IMG/VR virus record: IMGVR_UViG_3300017783_000009
DNA: 20,000 nucleotides
From: an uncultured virus (IMG/VR IMGVR_UViG_3300017783_000009)
Taxonomy: Duplodnaviria; Heunggongvirae; Uroviricota; Caudoviricetes
Direction: 5' to 3' (one strand)
Below are positions 16,401 through 20,000 of the stretch, one piece after another. The position numbers and the translations under genes were made by a program. Position 1 is the stretch's first letter. Each line of letters opens with the position of its first letter. The notes under the pieces are model-generated. The model was not told the DNA's origin. It was given only the letters and a program-made list of their open reading frames with translations, and did no database searches.

Positions 16401-18032
16401 CATAACAGTTGGACAACAATTGCTAAAGACAGAGATTTAATTCCTGATTATTACTATATAGGTTTGAGAAATAATCTTGCTACTGTTGATGCACTTGAAA
16501 ATTCATTACCTAATTATAATGCTCATCCATTTAGCAGATATGGAGATGATAGAAATAATAAACAAACTTGGTTTATTGATCATAAATCGGCAAGACTAAA
16601 TGCATATGTTGTAATAAACGATTTACTCAAGGATATTAATTTATATACAGATTATTATGGAATATGGGATAGAGAATTTATAAAAAGTAGCATGCCAAAC
16701 AAGACTTGGAAATGGACAAATTATGTAAGCAAAGATAGAAATCTATTTGTTGTTCCAAGCACCACTGTAAATAATTTAACTGAACTTAGCTCAATTGATA
16801 CTGACAAAATTAAAACAGTAAAACTTAAAATAACAAGTGAAGGTTTAGATAGAAGTGAGATATTAGAATATATAGACAATGATTGGGTTGTTACTGAAAA
16901 GGCAAATGCAACTATTGAACTAGAAGATATTGTTGCTGTCACTAGAGCTGGCTGGGATATTTACGGTTGGGACTCAACAAAATGGAACAGAACAGAAACA
17001 AAAGATTGGTGGAGAACAATTATTGATGCATGTAGAAATGACTGGTTTATAGATTTTAACATTGTAAAATTCAACAAACTATTTTTTGCTATGGTTGATT
17101 ATACATTTAGTGAACAGGATCAAAATAACTGGTGCCACAAGTCAACATATGTAAAGCTAGACATTACACATAGTATTAACACAAAGTTACGCAAGTATAC
17201 AAGAAGCACTATGAATAATATCATAGGCTATGTTGATACACTTAAACCATTCCATACCAAAGTAGATGAGATATTAGATATTCAAAAAACAACAGAAGAG
17301 TCTAAAATTACAATCACAGAAGATCCAAAACAAGTTATATACTTTGATGCAGACAAGGACGAGTTTGATGATTTCACAAGTGTATTCTCAGGTGATATTA
17401 GAAATGGGGGTTCTGCTTGGGATGCTGTGGCAGGTGTTGCAGATAGTAATGATTGGAGCTTCACAGAAACATATGACAATGGTGCTTTCCATCAGCCAAA
17501 CTTGTTTACAAGTGAAAATAATCCACAAAGACAACATTTACTAAAAATCAGTTTTGGAACACTAGCAGGTTTTAAAGTTCAAACAAATACAACAGCAGAT
17601 ACAGTTGATAATAACACAAGAACATTTGTGTACTTGAAAAACATAGATTCAAATATTCCATCAATTGTTGGATTAGAAGAAAGCAAAGCTGCAGCCACAA
17701 CGACTGAAATTGCAGTAGGTGGAACCACTGTAACACTAGATGATGCTAGTGCATTTGCAGATAGCGGTATAGCATATGTAAATAACGAATTTATGCAATA
17801 CATTAAGAATGGTAACGATTTAACAATTATTACAAGGTCAACAATGAATTCATTGGAATTACAACATGCAATAGGCAGTGTAATTGTTGACGTAACAAAT
17901 AGCTTCCTAACTTCGGCAGAAATAGGAACAACAATGCTCAACGATTTGGGCAAGAGTATAATAGATCCTACAAGCACAGACAGCTTATCAGCTGTTGAGC
18001 TTAGGACACTAAGCAAAGGTATTACAATTTAA
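7449..18032 (+). CDS. Giant (3527 aa) baseplate wedge / virion structural protein, T4 gp7-like scaffold with inserted accessory domains
   Basis: Uninterrupted 10.6-kb ORF following gp6, with SD-like AGGA at 7437-7440. N-terminal NFLPKTFQ, internal KFYQGAIKEAGTNASV and C-terminal GYVDTLKPFHTK are reminiscent of gp7/gpI-type motifs. It carries Trp-rich blocks (PWHMLGFNFKPQWWDTYY, GKRWWDTS, WGKLFPGSSIDVYEWTKS, YYFWVKNK). The CDS itself is certain; the gp7 assignment rests on synteny and weak motifs. Confidence 0.7.
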   Translation: MAGNKKRAGQYPNSKVSSSNFLPKTFQSDTNKSWLDSTFDQMISKGNLKDYHGFIGSTHGREKNLHDTYIDIINNNKAKQISQLQPGIVLKNNENEITNTLAFDDVVNALQTNFTNYNYASAYSSQGYVFNPPVNIDMLVNYSSYYWAQNLPIYTATNTGATVDIFDAIDNQAVYELTDDNNTFKLHNGMIIKFSGNWGTAATDNTYIVTGVGTGIKLILFRDTSGKTMYSNQYKGNIRSDGYWDRNVVYDVEFRTSARGYTGSSLDRLTAYNNDTHADKPVFFDGFNLLRHESNNDKLVNNLYAKLPDQTDIYYLEVGDGTVTATAITPNSNLGESYDIESWDFEQVIETEPDYIVIAKNDSRQTAWSRINNWVHIDCIKTLKQIIPHIDLSLYANATYQAKRSIIEFETKMNLFEGADYIASTDMQWLGHIDYYIKPEGDYLPTVSGSDLIIPAEANIENGSLVIFTDTHDTHVYKMTGGVLVEHKAIVNGYTAFIDYTPFTDLKTYEKCDVYFTSSGIQKSQAKTLAHQDPLFKVYTIDNVEVSQYDNEFIGNKIFGYKQGTGNTDAILGKKLSYKDTPKGAEYEFENYLNTYTLNYVVADDVDPKLGHEYKGKGYNYFKQDNKLSTLYKTSDNIFGAYEHLQYTITAAQIASQQFDIPLGSDNYRPTFEYFVYIVDGKVNLKETTSQGTSINKNVDRFKDGILVDSTSTIKITNLTDNNLVFANNSVTIASGATQELTSIVNDSAEYNSNSVFKITVADSINNHFYRLTKNGENFDTSDVTVNATTTTINTTQCKEGDIIDFEFINNDLSNATNNPSFPTLWQSNSNNETFDSFTISETADHWKDMMLAIPGFTGSVFGENNFSSSIRLSSYGGKIFLNENTGIMHDIQYINKEYSITGALFEQGQDYDAFITRFRNQVRRVYSSTTISNISEVVSKTLTTLLANKKGTDLYKTSNMLYTKEPVTKTFTIDDNQTTFTIDKIAGGDVNIRDHVYVWLRDDKDNNDIMVRRTLVKDKEYTVNGDKINLLITPQTSASGEYSSVEIHYYQMDTHSYVPQSLVKLGIQVGQEPTVVDNKLVTHDNRTYLLASGADLFNMNSATFDVVNAAQYELECMIYAGIVKEDLLYSNVKLKSVNKYIPSQHRSTWYTNAELDNYVYTYYSKWAKANNYPVVLEELVYDVNDSKTWNYKDMTSTILGSYNHFVDTNLPGHYVGIYNILFGTATPHITPWHMLGFNFKPQWWDTYYSWTDATKRTALLDALTFGKTNNPASNVTQEITYARHAWDWTNNSPVDTNGDLVDPKDILGTPSVLEASESFVFGDWGPTEQLFRQTAQCNAVTIDAIIKLKPAQAFTEFFQPGTFTTVANDDSSFNVSELENKMINSKSFILPGYKSNKVLNAIKINTNQIYSNTSNESSVVYGNKFDQNFSPVVNFTATGEVDNIIVNKRLFDITTEAVITSNVLGSVRDSEGKNIDTLDLEYEYKQAEFVANGISQAQHNYTIRNRYTDLAEQIYTNLDTQLIQKINGFTTKSSMSLFAESGIDGSFAVSDNDYKIVMHNGYPHTFINASQITIKKEPEGYQIKGSSTNRQEFMFLEPNKNNFTDIEVSNRVIRKYSKFVTNHSILEYGSVLNKIQDVYTFIRGYFAFLEQNGFKFATSKDAYANTFVRWTVRAEEGQEITLDLGKFIEFTSTHGHVSEAGTFDYFANNINIRDGSDVLKENLVVSRKENKVTFENKQEKSFGNITVAVVDFEHAFVFNNNTIFNNVLFDDVKMSRQDRLIARGGVTKEWNGEKKALGHLVFDDHIVQNFDSSVEETNEYYRTDITEFNPDVKKAKDISIGNIDRDWVENLHLDPNVITKFYQGAIKEAGTNASVDRLARFIKGADDIQVFEKYMFNHSYFGDTTKKHSTEIKLLQNEIGNNPQVIEFAEQPSVTKSIAITNDDSRFVNKDSIEFNIADFDQAQTKLNTAGSPLSTEARYYAFNTTKMTDVYDSTADYAIIENWSDTKTYSFGDIVRRESVLYKCKVDTTGLTSVNDGITVTGVKRFPVFPVGTVVKIDNNPVTLTQTSQALSDIVATGSVANPVVNNLDQLSINGNVLTFQVASSGTGILGPAQLLSNIAPNDFLTVTGKAIVINGTTVDFNNIPANLTENTAIQNVGVTPPNIVETFQHPADFTGTGNTKQVTIATSLTGYTVDTIQAVITFADTTTTTQNITASNLTGQVLDITQDPADWTDTTSIEVTITHTTVIDLLDTYTITQALSITGYQLDSVIVDGTTLTSSDFTLTGQAVELDNVNQYNIADSIEFVLVHVDTGMTMTEVVSLITSSVPNVTATLDANNHILLEFTGAAPGDQLILSAGSTNTELGFDSAGEIAVVQSGAIYPQLTMQQILDQINNFQLFSLDNITATQSNNQLILTKTEINNPLLTMTIAAGNIAFGFNTTAYTTTETTEQVEIGFLEAINDINNHFTSQGITDITASVVAGAQIRISSPRQSLDLGDTDFNTIAILPSALQTNNITSIQNIFLEAEWERQEDSQDPALFNIWVVNDSDYSVEGLGSLKTKFYSWNVFQVQNHTLFTRETDEEPCGICAGTSTSDGNDARITTIAPHGLVKGDYVMLTNTTTQPNIDGIHRVTQVDAADNKIFFIDKFIDVCGNASSIMVLRPQRFETTTQRDLSTTVTDKSLVYVDKVDGIAGPVTTNVFTASEDVSGNITYDLPPGTRFTKYRVTNNDVANITIYDYDKNKTVKQLELFDPLRGVIPGIANAEVDMTDDVDLAAYNNSSDEEYAVVAENYWSQEHLGKRWWDTSQVVYYDYDQGDYTYQSSHWGKLFPGSSIDVYEWTKSSVGPEDYAREVENQTEMFGVVASGEAYYIYNSTLQENYYYYSTVEEWNNTLGTYSTCYYFWVKNKNTIPSGKDLSTSAVSDIIENPTANGISWFAALTPETTSLALTHTSGNAFILSNADIYLNDTSTVIQINRVPSGINHNSWTTIAKDRDLIPDYYYIGLRNNLATVDALENSLPNYNAHPFSRYGDDRNNKQTWFIDHKSARLNAYVVINDLLKDINLYTDYYGIWDREFIKSSMPNKTWKWTNYVSKDRNLFVVPSTTVNNLTELSSIDTDKIKTVKLKITSEGLDRSEILEYIDNDWVVTEKANATIELEDIVAVTRAGWDIYGWDSTKWNRTETKDWWRTIIDACRNDWFIDFNIVKFNKLFFAMVDYTFSEQDQNNWCHKSTYVKLDITHSINTKLRKYTRSTMNNIIGYVDTLKPFHTKVDEILDIQKTTEESKITITEDPKQVIYFDADKDEFDDFTSVFSGDIRNGGSAWDAVAGVADSNDWSFTETYDNGAFHQPNLFTSENNPQRQHLLKISFGTLAGFKVQTNTTADTVDNNTRTFVYLKNIDSNIPSIVGLEESKAAATTTEIAVGGTTVTLDDASAFADSGIAYVNNEFMQYIKNGNDLTIITRSTMNSLELQHAIGSVIVDVTNSFLTSAEIGTTMLNDLGKSIIDPTSTDSLSAVELRTLSKGITI
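13566..14975 (+). repeat. Protein-level nested repeats within the giant ORF (3 split alpha/beta modules plus 2 related beta-sandwich modules)
   Basis: Three similar N-halves (13566-13649, 13671-13754, 13791-13877), two related beta modules (13887-14381), then three similar C-halves (14394-14552, 14604-14768, 14814-14975). Confidence 0.65.
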
Positions 18033-18055
18033 TATAAGTATATTTAATTTTATGC

Positions 18056-18061
18056 TAAATA
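18056..18061 (+). promoter_or_regulatory. T4-late-like promoter core (TAAATA)
   Basis: TTAATTTTATGCTAAATAGTGT in the 49-nt gap closely parallels TTAATTTTTCACATAAATAGTTGT upstream of gp25. It is followed by SD-like AAGGA (18067-18071). Confidence 0.6.
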
Positions 18062-18081
18062 GTGTAAAGGAATAGGCAACA

Positions 18082-18669
18082 ATGTATAACACAACAGATA
18101 ACGCAAATTTATCATTTCACGGTCATGTTTTGATCAGTGATGTAGACACGGGTGAAGTTCTATTAGATAAATTTAATGCAATCAATTTTGAAAATATGGC
18201 CATTGCAATTGCTAATTTACTAGCAAATCAAACAGACAACGGAGATGGATATTACATTTCTAAAATAGCTTTTGGTCACGAAGGAACAATAGTAGACGCA
18301 AATGGTAACATTACATATAAAACACCAAAAACAGATGGTGGAACCGGCGCACTGTATAATCCAAATTTTGGAGCAAATGCAGACCAAATAGTCGAAAAGG
18401 CAATAGATTCTTTTGAAATATCAGATGCAAGTGGCACTTTTAGAGATTTAACAAGTGTTGTAACACTTGATTATTCATTCCCTAACAATGAACAACTTGC
18501 TAGCGATAATGCAGCAGACTTTACTGGAGCATCATATGTATTTGACGAGTTAGCACTTGTAGGAGACAATGATGCATTACTAACACATTTAATTTTTCAC
18601 CCTATACAAAAAAGCCAAAACCGTAAACTAGAGATTCGATATACTCTAAGAATAACAGCAGGAAGTTAA
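18082..18669 (+). CDS. Putative baseplate/tail structural protein (195 aa)
   Basis: Clean ORF with promoter and SD. Motifs GHVLISD..TGEVLLDKFNAI, ISKIAFG, FDELAL, LLTHLIFHPIQKS.NR.LEIRYTLRI resemble tail-collar/fibre-attachment beta proteins (E.[GA]L ... P..K......I.Y.L). The function is inferred from context. Confidence 0.6.
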   Translation: MYNTTDNANLSFHGHVLISDVDTGEVLLDKFNAINFENMAIAIANLLANQTDNGDGYYISKIAFGHEGTIVDANGNITYKTPKTDGGTGALYNPNFGANADQIVEKAIDSFEISDASGTFRDLTSVVTLDYSFPNNEQLASDNAADFTGASYVFDELALVGDNDALLTHLIFHPIQKSQNRKLEIRYTLRITAGS

Positions 18670-18670
18670 A

Positions 18671-19552
18671 ATGGCATATTCAATTAACAAAAAGAATGGA
18701 ACTATAACAATTGCAGAAGGCGATCTCAACACAGAGACAAGCCTAGAACTTGTAGGTAAAGATTATTTCGGATACGGTAGCGCAATAGCACAAAGTTTTG
18801 TAAATTTGCTACAAAACTTTGCAAGTGACACAGCCCCAACAACTCCAATTGAGGGACAGATTTGGTATGATACAAGCACCAATTATCTACGTATATGGAA
18901 TACAACAGTAAGCGATGATACAGTTGGTGCATGGGCTTCAATAGATTTAGGATCAGCTGGTCCTACTACAATCAAAGATACATCAAATGTAGATCACGAA
19001 ATATGGGTTACAAAACAAAATGGTAATCCAGTTGCAGCATTTAGCTCAGAAACAGGCTTTACAGTTCATGCAAGCGATAACTTAATATCATCTTTTGCTG
19101 AGATAAAAACTGGTATTACACTAAGTGGAGCAGCAAATATGAAATTTCACGGCACAGCAACAACAGCAGAATATGCTGACTTGGCTGAGCTTTACTCAAG
19201 TGACAAAGATTACGAAGCAGGCACAGTAGTTAAAATTGGTGGCGAAGCAGAAGTTACTGAAACAACTTACATTAGAGACGAAGATGTTTTTGGCGTAGTA
19301 TCAACTGACCCAGCTTACTTAATGAACAGCATGTTACAAGGAACAAGTGTTCCAGTAGCACTAGCTGGTAGAGTTCCTTGCAAAGTAATAGGTGAAATTA
19401 CAAAAGGACAAAGACTAACGTCAAGCGATACACCAGGTGTAGCAATTGCTGCAACAAGTGATGCAACACATAGACAGGTTATTGGGAGAGCATTAGAAAG
19501 CAAGACTACAGAAGAAACTGGTTTAATAGAAATAATTGTTGGAGTAAAGTAA
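18671..19552 (+). CDS. Short tail fibre/appendage-like protein with C-terminal peptidase G2-type intramolecular chaperone
   Basis: N-terminal anchor-type segment (TSLELVGKDYFGYG...LLQNFA..TAPTTPIEGQIWYDT). C-terminal YADLAELY...YEAGTVV..GG...VFGVVST.PAYLMN...VALAGRVPCKV.G.I.KG..L resembles the phi29 gp12 autocleaving domain. Confidence 0.75.
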   Translation: MAYSINKKNGTITIAEGDLNTETSLELVGKDYFGYGSAIAQSFVNLLQNFASDTAPTTPIEGQIWYDTSTNYLRIWNTTVSDDTVGAWASIDLGSAGPTTIKDTSNVDHEIWVTKQNGNPVAAFSSETGFTVHASDNLISSFAEIKTGITLSGAANMKFHGTATTAEYADLAELYSSDKDYEAGTVVKIGGEAEVTETTYIRDEDVFGVVSTDPAYLMNSMLQGTSVPVALAGRVPCKVIGEITKGQRLTSSDTPGVAIAATSDATHRQVIGRALESKTTEETGLIEIIVGVK

Positions 19553-20000
19553 TTGTCTTTTTCAAGTCAAAACAAAATAACTGCAAGCCAATTCATGGAA
19601 CACCTAGTAACGTTTTACAACGATTACTGGAATGATCCTGCTGGTAGTTTTAGTTTTGATAACCAGCATACAATTGATTTAATTAGAAGAAAAGGGTGGG
19701 GACAATCACAGGTAGTGGTAAAAGCACACGATAGCGGTAACCCTGCTGACGAAACAAGTGTTGCTACAGGTCAAATCGTAGAAGCAGTACATCTAAATGC
19801 TGTGATTGCACAAATAAATGCAGGACTACAACACATAGACAACAGTATTGTTTTAACAAATTTTGAAGATCCATCAACAGTAATTACAGCATCAATAGTA
19901 TCAGCTGTCAAACAAAAAATTACAGGAACTGTTGAATCAAGAATGTTTCAATGCATAGACGATATAACAACTACTCTTGATGCATTAGAAACAAGTAACG
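19553..20000 (+). CDS. Putative virion structural protein (3' partial; absent from the ORF track)
   Basis: TTG immediately follows the previous stop, with SD GGAG (19541-19544) 8 nt upstream. The frame is open to the window end: MSFSSQNKITASQFMEHLVTFYNDYWNDPAGSFSFDNQHTIDLIRRKGWGQSQVVVKAHDSGNPADETSVATGQIVEAVHLNAVIAQINAGLQHIDNS... An alternative in-frame ATG lies 14 codons downstream. Confidence 0.75.
   Translation, partial: MSFSSQNKITASQFMEHLVTFYNDYWNDPAGSFSFDNQHTIDLIRRKGWGQSQVVVKAHDSGNPADETSVATGQIVEAVHLNAVIAQINAGLQHIDNSIVLTNFEDPSTVITASIVSAVKQKITGTVESRMFQCIDDITTTLDALETSN

Noticed and set aside
7449..18032. Intein or diversity-generating retroelement target in the giant ORF
   Set aside because: No intein splice motifs, LAGLIDADG blocks, reverse transcriptase or adenine-variant nucleotide repeat pair were noticed by eye. 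The internal repeats are diverged and visible only at protein level.
18033..18081. Terminator or small RNA in the largest intergenic gap
   Set aside because: 49 nt of AT-rich sequence with no GC-rich hairpin, adequately explained by the promoter and SD.
369..19503. Numerous short minus-strand ORFs (60-145 aa, e.g. 1301-1681, 17579-18016) and short alternative-frame plus ORFs (11047-11241, 17344-17544)
   Set aside because: They overlap long, motif-bearing + strand genes and have no recognisable motifs. They are the antisense shadows expected from the codon bias of the real genes.
1..20000. Genome-wide stop-codon reassignment (code 15 or 4)
   Set aside because: Standard-code ORFs tile the window almost without gaps, including a 3527-codon ORF with no in-frame TAG or TGA.

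Overview
AT-rich, gene-dense window read entirely on the + strand. It is the baseplate morphogenesis cluster of a large contractile-tailed (myovirus, probably jumbo) phage. Gene order: a 5'-truncated gp27/gpD-like hub, a gp5/VgrG-like spike with no fused lysozyme, a separate GH24 lysozyme-like protein with a non-canonical catalytic triad, an HNH endonuclease, a gp25-like wedge, an enlarged gp6-like wedge (1036 aa), a giant 3527-aa gp7-like wedge protein, a 195-aa structural protein, a short fibre-like protein with a peptidase-G2-type chaperone domain, and a 3'-truncated virion protein missed by the ORF track. T4-late-like TAAATA motifs lie in all three intergenic gaps. The most striking feature is inside the giant protein. 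A ~500-aa segment appears to be built as a 'Russian doll' of about six domains, each inserted into a loop of the previous one, which predicts a long out-and-back appendage. The HNH gene is bracketed by duplicated promoter sequence and is in frame with gp25 across a single TAG. All family assignments come from motif recognition by eye; no database searches were run.
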